From: Elusimicrobiota bacterium
GTDB lineage: Bacteria > Elusimicrobiota > Elusimicrobia > UBA1565
Assembly (NCBI GenBank): GCA_016218495.1
Contig: JACRDU010000162.1
Coordinates: forward strand, 1 to 64,000
Direction: 5' to 3'
Length of the DNA: 64,000 bases
This document shows positions 7,070 through 16,998 of this stretch, one piece after another (the stretch's first letter is position 1; every line of letters starts with the position of its first letter). The position numbers were made by a program, and so were the translations under genes. The notes below the pieces were generated by a model, which was given only the letters and a program-made list of their open reading frames with translations, was not told where the DNA came from and did not search any database.

Positions 7070-9403
7070 ATGTCAGCCCTGAGCCTCGCCCTGGGACTCC
7101 TCGCCGCGACGGCGCAGGCCGCGGCGCCCAAGCCCAAGGCCCGGCCCGAGCTTCCCGCCGTCCGGGTCTGGCTGGCCGCCCCCGAGTCCGAGCCCGCCGA
7201 CATGAAGGACCGCCGCGCCGCTTCTACCAGGCTGCTCCGGCTCCTGCTGGGCGAAGAGGCGCGTCCCCGCAAGGTGGAAGCGGAAGGGGAAAGGCCTTCG
7301 GCCGAGCTTTGGGAAGCGGCCCGCTGGAACCCGGGCCTCCAGGACGAAGAGAAGCGGACCCTCCTCGACGAGGCTCGGAAGTCCTGGCCCGGGAAGGTCG
7401 TCGTACAGGAAGATGAGTCCGGCACCGTCTCCGGGAAGCCCTCACGGAAGGCCCCGCCCCGCGCCCACCTCCTTAATATGGAAGCGGCGACGGCCCAGCT
7501 CCAGGCCAAGGTCCCCTCGGCGTTGACCGGGCTCTCGGCCGGCACGGTCTACGACGGGTCCCGCGCCGCCGCGGCTCCCACGGCCGCGCCCGCCGAAGAC
7601 CTGCGCGACGCCCTGGCCCCGGCCGCCGCTGCCCTCGCCGTCCTCAGCGCCGCCCCGGCGGCGAAGCCTCATACCGCGCCGCCCGCGCCGGGCGCCAAAG
7701 AGCCGGACGGCCGTCCGTTCTCCGATGTGATAGCGAAGGAAGCGGAAGCGTCGGGCATAGACCCGGAGGTCGTCCATGCCCTCATCGCCGCCAACGGCGG
7801 CTACAGCGCCCGCCGCCACGACGGGGGCGCCTACGGGCTCATGATGGTCACCCGGACCGCCGCAGACTGGGTAGGCGTCAGCGGGGACCTGCGCGACCCC
7901 GCGCTGAACATCCGGACCGGGACGCGCCTGCTGGCGAAGCTGCTGAAGATGTTCGACGGGGATATCAACCGGGCGCTGGCCGCCTACCGCGTCGGCGCGG
8001 GGGCCGTCATCAAGTCCGGCGGCATCCCGAACCGCAAAGACGTGAAGGATTTCCTGGCCGCCTTCCAAAAGGCCTACCGCGGCGGAGAGCTGAAGCCTCC
8101 CGTCCTACCCGCGAAGCCGCCCGTCTCAGGCGACGCCCGCCGCCTGGTCGAGGAGGGCCGCGCCGCCGTCGGGGGGACCCCCGAGGCCCCGCGGACCTCC
8201 TTCTCAGGCTCGGCCAAGTGGCGCCCCATCATCACCCAGGCCGCCGCCACCTTCGGGGTCGACCCGAAGCTCGTCGAGGCCATCCTCCTCTCGGAGAGCG
8301 AGGGCCGGCCGTCCCTGGTCTCCCCCGCCGGCGCCAAAGGCCTGATGCAGCTGATGCCGGGCACCGCGCGTTCGCTGGGGGTCAAGAACATCTTCGACCC
8401 GAAGCAGAACATCTATGGCGGCACCAAGTACCTCAAGCAGCTGCTGGACCGCTTCAACGGCGACAAGGTGCTCGCCGTGGCGGCCTATAACGCCGGCCCG
8501 AACCGGAAGTCCCTGCGCGCCGGACGCGTCCCCGCCTTCCGGGAGACCTCGAAGTACGTGACCCGGGTCTTCGAGCGCTACGAACAGCTGGGCGGCGGCG
8601 CCATCGACTACCTGGCCTACATGTCCGGCCGCGGTCGGGCATGGGCCGAGCGCGAGTCGGCGCGCCTCGGGCGCCTCTGGGGGCCCGCTCCGGCCGAGGC
8701 CGCCGTCATCCCGGTCCCGGCGGCGCCGCCCGCCCTTCCCCCGTCCGCCCAGCCCTCCATGCCCCCGGCGGCGCCGTCCTCCCCGGTGGGTTCCGCGGGC
8801 GTCACGGCGGACCCCTCCCGTGGCCGCTCCGTCGGCACTCCCAGCAACGGGCGCCTCGTGGACGGGGTGAGGCTCCCCCCTGAGGGAGAAGGCTACCGCT
8901 CCATCCGCCAGAGCCGCGGCCGCTTCTACGGGACGGGCCGCCTGGTCGCCGCCGTCGAATATATGGCCGCATCCGTCAAAGCGGCGTCCCCCTCAGCCCC
9001 GCCGATCGCCCTGGGGGACCTCTCGGCCAAGAACGGCGGGGACGTCTCCTCGCACGCCTCCCATGAGAACGGCCGCGACGTCGACATCCTGCTGGCCTGG
9101 AAGGACGCGCAGGGCGCTCCGGTCTTCTCCGACGAGTTCGTCAGCCTTCCCGCCAAGGGCAGCGTGGCCCACGGCGGCCGGCGCATCTCCTTCGACCCCG
9201 CCCGGACCTGGCTCATCGTCAAAGGCCTGGCGACGAACCCCTATACCCCGGTCACCAACGCCTTCCTGGACCAGAGCCTCATCAACGCCGTGCTCCGCTA
9301 CGCGGAGTCCGCCGGCGAGAGCAAGGCCCTCGTCAGCAAGGCCTCGCGCATGCTCCAGCACTGGCCCAACCACAAGAACCACATCCACGTCCGCGTCCAA
9401 TAA
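7070..9403 (+). CDS. secreted peptidoglycan hydrolase: tandem SLT lytic-transglycosylase domains fused to a MepA-like (LAS / M74) murein DD-endopeptidase domain
   Basis: Signal peptide MSALSLALGLLAATAQAAA (alternative start 7016). SLT-1 is degenerate (catalytic ES replaced, GLMMV). SLT-2 is canonical (ESEGRP...GAKGLMQLMPGTA...AYNAGPNR). The C-terminus has SHASHENGRDVDI and HKNHIHVRV, which are Zn ligands of the LAS/MepA type. Confidence 0.7.
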   Translation: MSALSLALGLLAATAQAAAPKPKARPELPAVRVWLAAPESEPADMKDRRAASTRLLRLLLGEEARPRKVEAEGERPSAELWEAARWNPGLQDEEKRTLLDEARKSWPGKVVVQEDESGTVSGKPSRKAPPRAHLLNMEAATAQLQAKVPSALTGLSAGTVYDGSRAAAAPTAAPAEDLRDALAPAAAALAVLSAAPAAKPHTAPPAPGAKEPDGRPFSDVIAKEAEASGIDPEVVHALIAANGGYSARRHDGGAYGLMMVTRTAADWVGVSGDLRDPALNIRTGTRLLAKLLKMFDGDINRALAAYRVGAGAVIKSGGIPNRKDVKDFLAAFQKAYRGGELKPPVLPAKPPVSGDARRLVEEGRAAVGGTPEAPRTSFSGSAKWRPIITQAAATFGVDPKLVEAILLSESEGRPSLVSPAGAKGLMQLMPGTARSLGVKNIFDPKQNIYGGTKYLKQLLDRFNGDKVLAVAAYNAGPNRKSLRAGRVPAFRETSKYVTRVFERYEQLGGGAIDYLAYMSGRGRAWAERESARLGRLWGPAPAEAAVIPVPAAPPALPPSAQPSMPPAAPSSPVGSAGVTADPSRGRSVGTPSNGRLVDGVRLPPEGEGYRSIRQSRGRFYGTGRLVAAVEYMAASVKAASPSAPPIALGDLSAKNGGDVSSHASHENGRDVDILLAWKDAQGAPVFSDEFVSLPAKGSVAHGGRRISFDPARTWLIVKGLATNPYTPVTNAFLDQSLINAVLRYAESAGESKALVSKASRMLQHWPNHKNHIHVRVQ

Positions 9404-9418
9404 CTTCTTAGAGGGGAC

Positions 9419-10351
9419 TCAGCGGCAGAGGGTCCAGTAGGATTGGAAGTCTTTGGGGGGTTTGGCGGTGAAGGTGACGGGCTTGCCGCTGACGGGGTGT
9501 TCCAGGAAGACCTTGTAGGCGTGCAGCAGGAGGCGCGGGGGCTCGGGCAGCTTCAGCGCCTGGAATTCCTTGAGTTTGGCCCCTGTGACGGTCTCGGGGT
9601 CGCCGAGGACGGGATGCCCGAGGACTGCCAGGTGGGCACGGATCTGGTGGGTGCGCCCGGTCAGCGGACGCGCCTCGACCAGGCTGACGCCCTTGCCTTC
9701 GCCCACGGTGCGGAACCCGGTGGAGGCTTCACGGCCGAACGGGGTCACCTTCACCTGGCGCCGCCCGGACGCGCGCCCGATGGGCGCGTCGACCGAGCGC
9801 TCCAGGACGGTCCCGAGGACCAGCGCGCGATAGACCTTGTCGACCAGACGCTCGCGGAAGGCGAACAAGAGGCGTTTCTGAGCCCGGACGGTCTTCGCGA
9901 CGAGCAGCGTGCCGCTGGTGGGCCGGTCGAGCCGGTGCACCAGCCCGCAGCGCTCCACGCCGGAGCGCGCCGCCTTCGCGCGGTAGGTGAGCAGGAGCCC
10001 GGCCAGGTTGGGCTCCGGCTCCTCCAGCGCCGCGGCCGGCCGCCGCAGCCAACTCTCCCCCAAGGGGTGCATCAGCAGCCCGGCGGGCTTGTTCAGGACC
10101 AGCAGGTCAGGGTCCTCGTGGATGACCCAGTCCTCGAAAGGCTGCTCGGGCCAGGCGCGCGGGGCCGTGTCCACCTTGATGAGCTCGCCGCCTCGCAGAC
10201 GATGGTCCTGGCTGCGCCGGGCGCCGTCGACGGTCACGGCCCCCCGCTCGATCAGGCCGCGCAGGTGCGCCCGGCTCAGGTCCGGCATCCGCCGGGCGAG
10301 GAACTGGTCGACCCGAAGCCCCCCCTCTCCGTAGAATTTCTCCAGGCTCAT
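9419..10351 (-). CDS. RluA-family (RluD/RluC-like) 23S rRNA pseudouridine synthase
   Basis: S4 domain at the N-terminus. Catalytic motif HRLDRPTSGTLLVAKT. I take the start at MSLEKFYGEG (10351), which overlaps the lgt stop. Confidence 0.8.
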   Translation of the reverse strand: MSLEKFYGEGGLRVDQFLARRMPDLSRAHLRGLIERGAVTVDGARRSQDHRLRGGELIKVDTAPRAWPEQPFEDWVIHEDPDLLVLNKPAGLLMHPLGESWLRRPAAALEEPEPNLAGLLLTYRAKAARSGVERCGLVHRLDRPTSGTLLVAKTVRAQKRLLFAFRERLVDKVYRALVLGTVLERSVDAPIGRASGRRQVKVTPFGREASTGFRTVGEGKGVSLVEARPLTGRTHQIRAHLAVLGHPVLGDPETVTGAKLKEFQALKLPEPPRLLLHAYKVFLEHPVSGKPVTFTAKPPKDFQSYWTLCR

Positions 10352-11121
10352 GACGGCCTCCGACGCGCGAGATAGGCGGTGGCCGCCACGCACACCACGA
10401 GACCCAAGGCCTGCGACGGCGGGATGCCCAGCAGGCCCTGCCCCCTGTCGTCACCGCGGAAGAACTCGAGCAGGAAGCGGGCGCCGCCGTAGACGGCCAG
10501 GTAGCCGGCCCACGCCGTCCCCCGCGGCAGGCGCCCCGCCTCCACCGCGCCGAGCAGCCGCCATGCCAGCCCCGCCACCAGCAGGTCGGCGGCCGATTCG
10601 TAGGCCTGGACGGGGTGGAGGCGCACCCCCAGCAGATACGGGGAGACCAGGGCCTCGGGGTCGGTGAAGCGGACGCCCCAAGGCAGCGAGGTCGGCCTGC
10701 CCGCGCAGCAGCCCGCCGCCAGGCAGCCGAGGCGGCCGAGGGCGTGGCCGATGGGCAGGGCCACCGCGAAATGGTCGCAGAAGCGCGCGAAGGAAAGGCC
10801 GCGGCGCCGGCACCACCAGGCGCCCGCCGCCATAGAGCCGACGACCCCTCCGTAGAAGACGAACCCATAGCGGATGTCCCGCAGCGGGTGCAGCGCCCCG
10901 GAGAGGACGGAGCGCCATTCCACCGCGAGGTAGAGGAGCTTGCCGCCCAGGATGGCCCCGCCGAAGAGCCAGTAGATCAGGCTCCAGAAGTCGTCCTCGC
11001 TGAGCCCCATCTTCCCGCGGCGCGCGGTCAGCCACCAGATGCCCAGCAGGTAGCCGGAGGCCACCAGCACGCCATAAGTGGCGAGGCGGAACTCGCCGAC
11101 GCGAAGGACCGTCGGGAACAT
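10348..11121 (-). CDS. lgt: prolipoprotein diacylglyceryl transferase
   Basis: Multi-pass membrane protein with the Lgt signature GRLGCLAAGCCAGRP and YPxQxYE-like HPVQAYES. Start at MFPTVLRV (11121), not the longer 343-aa ORF. Confidence 0.85.
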   Translation of the reverse strand: MFPTVLRVGEFRLATYGVLVASGYLLGIWWLTARRGKMGLSEDDFWSLIYWLFGGAILGGKLLYLAVEWRSVLSGALHPLRDIRYGFVFYGGVVGSMAAGAWWCRRRGLSFARFCDHFAVALPIGHALGRLGCLAAGCCAGRPTSLPWGVRFTDPEALVSPYLLGVRLHPVQAYESAADLLVAGLAWRLLGAVEAGRLPRGTAWAGYLAVYGGARFLLEFFRGDDRGQGLLGIPPSQALGLVVCVAATAYLARRRPS

Positions 11122-11420
11122 CAGCGCCTCTCGGGCGGAGGGAATCGGTACTCGATCTCGCCCGGCCGCTGCAGCCCCAGTTCGGTGCGGGCGGCCCGCT
11201 CGAGAGCGCGGTCGTCGCCCTTGGCGGCCGCGATGCGCCCCTTGAGCAGGTCCTCCTCTTTGCGGGCGGCGGAGAGGTCCTTGCGCAGGCCGCGCAAGGT
11301 CCACCAAGAGGAGACCATGGAGCGCACCCCGCTGTTGCCGAGCAGGGCGAGGGCGGCCAGGACCCCGGCGCCGGCCCAAAGCCAGCGGGCCCGCGGCCCC
11401 GGAGCACGGCGCAGCGCCAC
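11121..11420 (-). CDS. ftsB: FtsB/DivIC-like septum formation initiator (GTG start)
   Basis: About 100 aa with one TM helix (WLWAGAGVLAALALLG) followed by a coiled coil (LRGLRKDLSAARKEEDLLKGRIAAAKG) and a Pro-rich tail. GTG at 11420 overlaps the eno stop. This is the conserved eno-ftsB synteny. Confidence 0.55.
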   Translation of the reverse strand: MALRRAPGPRARWLWAGAGVLAALALLGNSGVRSMVSSWWTLRGLRKDLSAARKEEDLLKGRIAAAKGDDRALERAARTELGLQRPGEIEYRFPPPERR

Positions 11421-12736
11421 TACGCTGCCGCGGCGGACCGGCGCACGGCGGCAGGGCGGCGCTTGAACGCCGAATCCCCCGCGTAGCGGGCCTTGCGCCC
11501 CAACCGGTCGTGGATGCGCAGGAGCTGGTTGTATTTCGACAGGCGCTCGGAGCGGCAAGGCGCGCCCGTCTTGATGGCGCCGGCGTTGAGGGCCACGGCC
11601 AGGTCGGCGATATAGGGGTCTTCCGTCTCTCCCGAGCGGTGGGAGATGATGGAGGTGAAGCCGGCCTGGTGGGCGCGCAGCACGGCGCGCACGGTCTCGG
11701 TGACCGACCCGATCTGGTTGAGCTTGACCAGGATGGCGTTGGCCGCGCCTTCCGCGATGCCCCGCTCCAGGCGCGAGACGTTCGTCACGAACAGGTCGTC
11801 GCCGACGACGCGCAGGACCGAGCCCACCCGGTCCGTCATCGCCTTCCACCCCGCCCAATCGTCCTCGTCCAGCGGGTCCTCGATGGACAGGAGGCCGAAG
11901 CGCGAAGTCCAGGCCGCATAGCGGTCGATCATCGCGGCGGCGGACATGGGCTTCCCTTCGAAGACGTAAGACCCGTCCTTAAAGTACTCGCTGGCGGCGC
12001 AATCGAGAGAGATGCGTATCTTGCCCGCTCCGCCGGAGCGCTTCAGGGCCTCCCCGACGGTCTCGAGCACCTCCTCATGCGTGCGGATGCGCGGGGCGAA
12101 GCCGCCCTCGTCGCCGACCGCGGTGGAATGGCCCTTCTCTTTGAGGAGCTTCTTGAGGACCTGGTAGGCCTCGCTGCCGATGCGCAGCGCCTCCGGGAAC
12201 GAAGCCGCGCCCGTCGGGACGATCATGAACTCCTGGACATCGATACCGCTGTCGGCGTGCTGGCCCCCGTTGATGATGTTGAGCATCGGGGCGGGCAGCA
12301 GCCACTCCTTCTCCTTTAGTCCGAAGACGCCGCGCAGGTGCTCGAAGAGGGGCTTGCCCTTCGACTCGGCGCCGGCCCGGGAGACGGCCATCGAGACGCC
12401 CAGGATGGCGTTGGCGCCGAGCTTGCCCTTGTTGGCCGTGCCGTCCATCGCTATCAGCTTGGCGTCGACCTTCTCCTGGTCGGAGGCGTCGAGCCCCTTC
12501 ACGGCGGGCCCGAGGACCTTCACGGCGTTGCGCACGGCCGTCGAGACTCCCTTGCCGAGGAATCGGGAGGCGTCGCCGTCGCGCAGTTCGACGGCCTCGT
12601 GCTCGCCGGTGGACGCCCCGCTGGGGACGGAGGCCCTTCCGAAGGACCCGTCGCTCAGGACGACCTCGGCTTCCAGGGTGGGCAGGCCGCGGGAATCGAG
12701 GATCTCTCGCGCGGTGACTGACTTGATCTTTGCCAT
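11420..12736 (-). CDS. eno: enolase (phosphopyruvate hydratase)
   Basis: 438 aa, [17 protein letters not shown]... a canonical enolase N-terminus and active-site regions. GGAGG SD sits 5 nt upstream. Confidence 0.95.
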   Translation of the reverse strand: MAKIKSVTAREILDSRGLPTLEAEVVLSDGSFGRASVPSGASTGEHEAVELRDGDASRFLGKGVSTAVRNAVKVLGPAVKGLDASDQEKVDAKLIAMDGTANKGKLGANAILGVSMAVSRAGAESKGKPLFEHLRGVFGLKEKEWLLPAPMLNIINGGQHADSGIDVQEFMIVPTGAASFPEALRIGSEAYQVLKKLLKEKGHSTAVGDEGGFAPRIRTHEEVLETVGEALKRSGGAGKIRISLDCAASEYFKDGSYVFEGKPMSAAAMIDRYAAWTSRFGLLSIEDPLDEDDWAGWKAMTDRVGSVLRVVGDDLFVTNVSRLERGIAEGAANAILVKLNQIGSVTETVRAVLRAHQAGFTSIISHRSGETEDPYIADLAVALNAGAIKTGAPCRSERLSKYNQLLRIHDRLGRKARYAGDSAFKRRPAAVRRSAAAA

Positions 12737-12764
12737 GCGACCTCCGCCGGCCGGGCGGCCGGGA

Positions 12765-14243
12765 CTAAATCTTGCCTTTGAGGATGCGCTTGCCTTCTTC
12801 GACCATCGCCGCCAGGCCCTTCGCGTCGCGGGCCTCGGCGTAGAGGCGGACGACCGGCTCCGTGCCGGAGAAGCGCAGCCCCAGCCAGCGGCCGTCCTTG
12901 AGGATGAATTTGTAGCCGTCGGAGTCGTCGATGCGCCAGACGGACGCGCCGGCCAGGGACGTGGGCGGCTTCGTGCCGAGGCGCTCGTTGATCTCGCGCA
13001 CGAGCTTCGTCCCCTCGAGCTCGAAGTTGAGGCGGGCGCAGTGGAAGGCCCCGTGCTTCTTGAACAGCTCGTCGCGGACCTTCGCGAGCGGGCGCTTCTC
13101 CATCGCGACGAGCTCCGCCATCAGCAGTCCCGCCAGGAGGCCGTCCTTCTCGGGGACGTGGCCCCGGATGGACATCCCGGCCGATTCCTCGCCGCCGAGC
13201 AGGAAGTCCCCCCCGCGCAGCAGTTCTCCGATGTACTTGAACCCCACCGGGGTCTCGCGCACGCGCTGGCCGTAGGACTTCGCCACGGCGTCCACGAAAT
13301 GGGAGGTCATCAGGCTGCGCGCGACGGCGCCAGCCATGCCGCGGTTCTTCGCCAGGTGGTAGAAGGCCAGGCCCAAGACCTCGTTGGCGGGGATCCAGAC
13401 CCCGCCGGCGTCGAGCACGCCGAAGCGGTCGGCGTCCCCGTCGCAGGCCAAGCCCAGGTCGAGGCGCTCCTTCTTCATCAGGGCGGCCAGGCCTTCCAGC
13501 TTCTCGGGCGCCGGCTCGGGGGACTGCCCGCCGAACAGGACGTCGCGCTCCTCGCGCAGGCCGTAGGCCTTGAGGCCGAGCGACTCGAGGAACGGCCGCA
13601 GATAGGAGCGCGCGGAGCCGTTCATCGCGTCCACGCCGATCTTGAGCTTGGAGCCCTTGAGCGCCTTCGGGTCCAGCAGGGTGCGCAGCTGCTTGAAGTA
13701 GCCGGGGCGGAAGTCCGTCTCCGCAATCCAGCCGTCGCGCACGGCCCTGTCGTAGGGCATCACGCGCGGCAGGGCGGGGGGCAGGACGCCCAGGCGCCGC
13801 TCGATGTCCTCGGTCACGGCCGGGGTCGCCGGGCCGGCCCAGAAAGGGGACCATTTGATGCCGTTGTGGCGGGCCGGGTTGTGGCTGGCGGTGATCATCA
13901 CGCCGCCCACGGCCTTGTTCTCCAGGATGGCCCATGCGGCCGCCGGCGTGGGGGTGTCGCCCTTGGAGAGCAGGACCCGCACCCCGTCCTGGGCGAAGAC
14001 CGTGGCCGCCTCGGAGGCGAACTGCTCGCCGAGGAACCGGGGGTCGTAGCCGACCACCACCGTCGGGGCGACCCCTTGGGCCGCCGCGCCGCCTTGCAGG
14101 CGGTATTCCTTGGAAGGGAACCCGAAGTCGGCGCTCTCCTTGGCGTGCCCGGAGACGCAGTGGATGAGGCGCCGCACGTTGTTGAAAGTGAACTCGTCGG
14201 CGAACAAGGCGCGCCAGCCGGAGGTGCCGAATCTTATGGTCAT
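12765..14243 (-). CDS. alpha-D-phosphohexomutase (phosphoglucomutase/phosphomannomutase family)
   Basis: Active-site Ser loop [18 protein letters not shown]-terminus. AGGAGA SD sits 7 nt upstream of the ATG at 14243. Confidence 0.85.
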   Translation of the reverse strand: MTIRFGTSGWRALFADEFTFNNVRRLIHCVSGHAKESADFGFPSKEYRLQGGAAAQGVAPTVVVGYDPRFLGEQFASEAATVFAQDGVRVLLSKGDTPTPAAAWAILENKAVGGVMITASHNPARHNGIKWSPFWAGPATPAVTEDIERRLGVLPPALPRVMPYDRAVRDGWIAETDFRPGYFKQLRTLLDPKALKGSKLKIGVDAMNGSARSYLRPFLESLGLKAYGLREERDVLFGGQSPEPAPEKLEGLAALMKKERLDLGLACDGDADRFGVLDAGGVWIPANEVLGLAFYHLAKNRGMAGAVARSLMTSHFVDAVAKSYGQRVRETPVGFKYIGELLRGGDFLLGGEESAGMSIRGHVPEKDGLLAGLLMAELVAMEKRPLAKVRDELFKKHGAFHCARLNFELEGTKLVREINERLGTKPPTSLAGASVWRIDDSDGYKFILKDGRWLGLRFSGTEPVVRLYAEARDAKGLAAMVEEGKRILKGKI

Positions 14244-14390
14244 GGTCGTCTCCTGACGGACCCGAAGGTGCGACCATCCCCTGCGCAAAGCTCGTTCATG
14301 GGCGGTTATATATACAATAGTCCTCCTGCGTTTTCAACGACATTCCACCGCCCGGCGCCTGGAACCCGAAGCCGAACAATATAGGCCTTT

Positions 14391-14455
14391 AGACCTATTG
14401 CGGCATAGGTCCTATGGGGTTGCGAAGTCAAGGTTCCCGCCCTATACTCAAGGAG
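14391..14455 (+). promoter_or_regulatory. sigma70-like promoter (TTGCGA, 18-nt spacer, TATACT) plus an upstream imperfect palindrome AGACCTATtgcggcATAGGTCCT and an AAGGAG SD for the 14460 gene
   Basis: -35 at 14420-14425, -10 at 14444-14449, SD at 14450-14455, ATG at 14460. Palindrome at 14391-14413. An AT-rich island in the pgm / 14460 divergent intergenic region. Confidence 0.4.
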
Positions 14456-14459
14456 CGCC

Positions 14460-15764
14460 ATGAAACCCCTCGCCGCAGCGCTAGCCGCCCTCCTCTTTAT
14501 AGGCCCCACACTGCCGGCCTCGGCGCAGGTCTGGAACGAGAAGACCCAGACCATCGACTACGTCGACGACCAGGGCAATGTGCAGGGCTCCACGCCCGCT
14601 ACCCCCGACCCCGCCGTGGCCGCCGACCCAGCCGCCGCCGGGACCCCCGGCGCACAGCCCGCGGCGGACGCCGGGGGGGCGGGAGCCATGCCCGACCCGG
14701 CGAAGATTTACGAGGCGGCCATCGCCGCCGAACAGCAGACGGGCCAGACCATGGTCTGGGACGGCGACCAGATGGTGCCCGCTCCGGAGGGCTTCCAGAA
14801 CTCCCTGACCCCCGACGCCATGGCCGCCGGCTGGCGCCCGGTCATGTCCGGCAACGAGGTCGTCGGGGCCTGCAACGGCAGCGTCTGCACCGCCCAGGGC
14901 CTCCAGCCGGACCTGTTCGGACCTCCTCCGTCGGGCACCACGGCCGACAACCTCAATTCGTCCGTCACGCCGCCCGACGCCGCCGCTCCCGGGGCCCCCG
15001 CCGCCCCGCCCGCCCCGCTGGCCTGGAATGAGGCGGGACCCTTGGCGCCGGGGCAGACCCGGCTGCCGAAGCCTGAGGAAGCCGGCCAGCAAACGCCCGG
15101 CGCGACGCCTCCCCCCGCCCCCACCCCGGAGAACTTCGAGGCCGTCAACAATTTCGTCACCCAGAACGCCCAGAACGAGCTGGACGGCCAGAACGGACCC
15201 AACTCGGGGACCGGCAGCCCCAGTTACGACGGCGCCGACAACCCCATGACGGGCATGGCCTTCGCTCCGGACGGGTCGGGCGCCTACGACCTCCCGCCCG
15301 GGCCCGGCTTCACCGGCGGCCCGGCGCTCGGTCCCGACGGGCAGATCGCCCAGGGCCGCGGCACCGGGAGCACCGGCGGCCGCGACGGGGGCAGGGCCAT
15401 CAACTGCAAGGAGGCCGGCAACTGCGAGGCGGTGGCGCAGAACCTCATCGACTTCCACCAGGGGCTCAAGAACGGCCGCCCCGAAGGCCCCACGGACGCC
15501 AACGTCATCCCGATCGCCCAGACTGAGGGGCGCCTGCGCGCCTCGCCGGCCTTCCTCGAGGCCGAAGCGGCCCAGACCGTGGGCCGCAGCGCCGTGGCCG
15601 CCGTCTCCGGCATCCTCGCCGAGGGCGCCGCCCTCGACGACCAGGGCGTCACCGACGCCGGGGAGCCGTTCACCGGCGCCTCCCGGACGCGCAGGGCCCC
15701 CGTCCCCACCGGGAACTGCTCCCAGCACATCATGCAGTCCGTCGGCGTCTGCCCCAGCAAATAG
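14460..15764 (+). CDS. secreted Pro/Ala/Gly-rich low-complexity protein with a Cys-containing C-terminus, function unknown
   Basis: Signal peptide MKPLAAALAALLFIGPTLPASAQ. Good promoter and SD. No recognisable domain. Confidence 0.55.
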   Translation: MKPLAAALAALLFIGPTLPASAQVWNEKTQTIDYVDDQGNVQGSTPATPDPAVAADPAAAGTPGAQPAADAGGAGAMPDPAKIYEAAIAAEQQTGQTMVWDGDQMVPAPEGFQNSLTPDAMAAGWRPVMSGNEVVGACNGSVCTAQGLQPDLFGPPPSGTTADNLNSSVTPPDAAAPGAPAAPPAPLAWNEAGPLAPGQTRLPKPEEAGQQTPGATPPPAPTPENFEAVNNFVTQNAQNELDGQNGPNSGTGSPSYDGADNPMTGMAFAPDGSGAYDLPPGPGFTGGPALGPDGQIAQGRGTGSTGGRDGGRAINCKEAGNCEAVAQNLIDFHQGLKNGRPEGPTDANVIPIAQTEGRLRASPAFLEAEAAQTVGRSAVAAVSGILAEGAALDDQGVTDAGEPFTGASRTRRAPVPTGNCSQHIMQSVGVCPSK

Positions 15765-15867
15765 ACGACCGGGACCAAGAGTCCTATTCGGGCCTAGGCC
15801 CTTTCCATCCCGCCTCCTAGGCCTACCGTCACTTATCCTTTCGGCCTTTAGGGCATAAACTTAAGGT

Positions 15868-16434
15868 ATGAAGACGATGATTCTCGCCGTGGCCGTGACC
15901 TTCGCCGGGACGGCCGTCTTCGCGCAGGAAGCGCCCAAGGCGCCCGTCAAGCCGTCGGGCCCCTACCAGATCTGCCTCTACCCGAACCCCTGCGCCCCGC
16001 GCCGCACGGCCCCCACCCCGCCCAAGGATTCCGCCAAGCCCGAGACCGCGAAGCCCATCGAGGCCGTGCCCGCCGACCCGCTCTCCCGCGCCGTGCTGCA
16101 GGGCTCCATCACGCAGGGCGAGGACGGCATCGTGTCCTCCATCCGCCTCTCCCCTGCCCACACCGGCACGGACCACGACCAGATCATCACCCGCGGCACC
16201 GGCCTGCGCGACGCCCTGGCCCCCCTCCCCTCCTCCGCCGCCCTCCCGGGCACGAAGGTCCCCGCCAACAAGAACGGCGCCAAGGGCGCGGCGGAAGACG
16301 AGTGGGCGACGGTAGAGAACGGCGGGGCCACGGCCGGACAGCTCAACGAGATGCGCGACGAGCGCAAAGCCATGAAGTCCGGCGGCGAGTCCTCCCATTC
16401 CGCCACCGGGCGCATGTGGAAAGACAAGAAGTAA
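15868..16434 (+). CDS. small secreted protein, function unknown
   Basis: Signal peptide MKTMILAVAVTFAGTAVFAQ. AAGG SD. Confidence 0.5.
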   Translation: MKTMILAVAVTFAGTAVFAQEAPKAPVKPSGPYQICLYPNPCAPRRTAPTPPKDSAKPETAKPIEAVPADPLSRAVLQGSITQGEDGIVSSIRLSPAHTGTDHDQIITRGTGLRDALAPLPSSAALPGTKVPANKNGAKGAAEDEWATVENGGATAGQLNEMRDERKAMKSGGESSHSATGRMWKDKK

Positions 16435-16515
16435 CCCCGCCTCGAACGCCGGCCTGAGCAGTACTCCGCCCTCCGATTCAGCCAACGGCAACTTTGTTGC
16501 TGTCCTACTCATATT

Positions 16516-16998
16516 ATGAAGTGCCTCCTCCCGCTCCTCCCGGCCTTTGCCTGCCTTGCGGGCTGCGCGGTCGCCTCCGTAGACCCTTCAGCCAGGGCGG
16601 TGAATTTCTGCGTGCTCCCGGCCTTAGGGCAGGGAGGACCTCTGACCAGCAGCATGACGGCCAACCCCCCGCGAAATCCGGCGCGCCTGCACAGCCTCCG
16701 GGTCGTCGCCTGGGACCGGGCCTTGGCGGAAGGCTGCGACGTCATGCTGGAGATCAGCGAAGGCGTCATGTCAACCGGGCCCGCCGCCCTCCAGTATTCC
16801 CGGGACACCGGGCGCCAGGCGAACTGCGGCATCACGGGCTATTCGGCCTACACCAAGAATTGGGTGCTGAAGAGCGCGGCGAGCGCCCCAGACTGCATGA
16901 CGCTGCAGTATAACCTCAAGCGCGATTTCCAGCCGGGCACCCCCTCCTACAAGGCCATCGGGTTCGGGACAGCAGCGAGCACCGCGGAAGGCATCTGA
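16516..16998 (+). CDS. lipoprotein, function unknown
   Basis: Lipobox LAGC after a hydrophobic signal (MKCLLPLLPAFACLAGCAV). Confidence 0.55.
   Translation: MKCLLPLLPAFACLAGCAVASVDPSARAVNFCVLPALGQGGPLTSSMTANPPRNPARLHSLRVVAWDRALAEGCDVMLEISEGVMSTGPAALQYSRDTGRQANCGITGYSAYTKNWVLKSAASAPDCMTLQYNLKRDFQPGTPSYKAIGFGTAASTAEGI

Noticed and set aside
10348-11407. Extended 343-aa lgt ORF and the 318-aa off-frame ORF 10451..11407
   Set aside because: The N-terminal extension is Arg/Gly-rich and overlaps ftsB. The conserved Lgt N-terminus MFPTVL begins at 11121.
12655-14277. 540-aa minus-strand ORF overlapping the phosphohexomutase gene
   Set aside because: Off-frame and R/G/P-rich. The 12765..14243 frame carries the TASHNP active-site loop.
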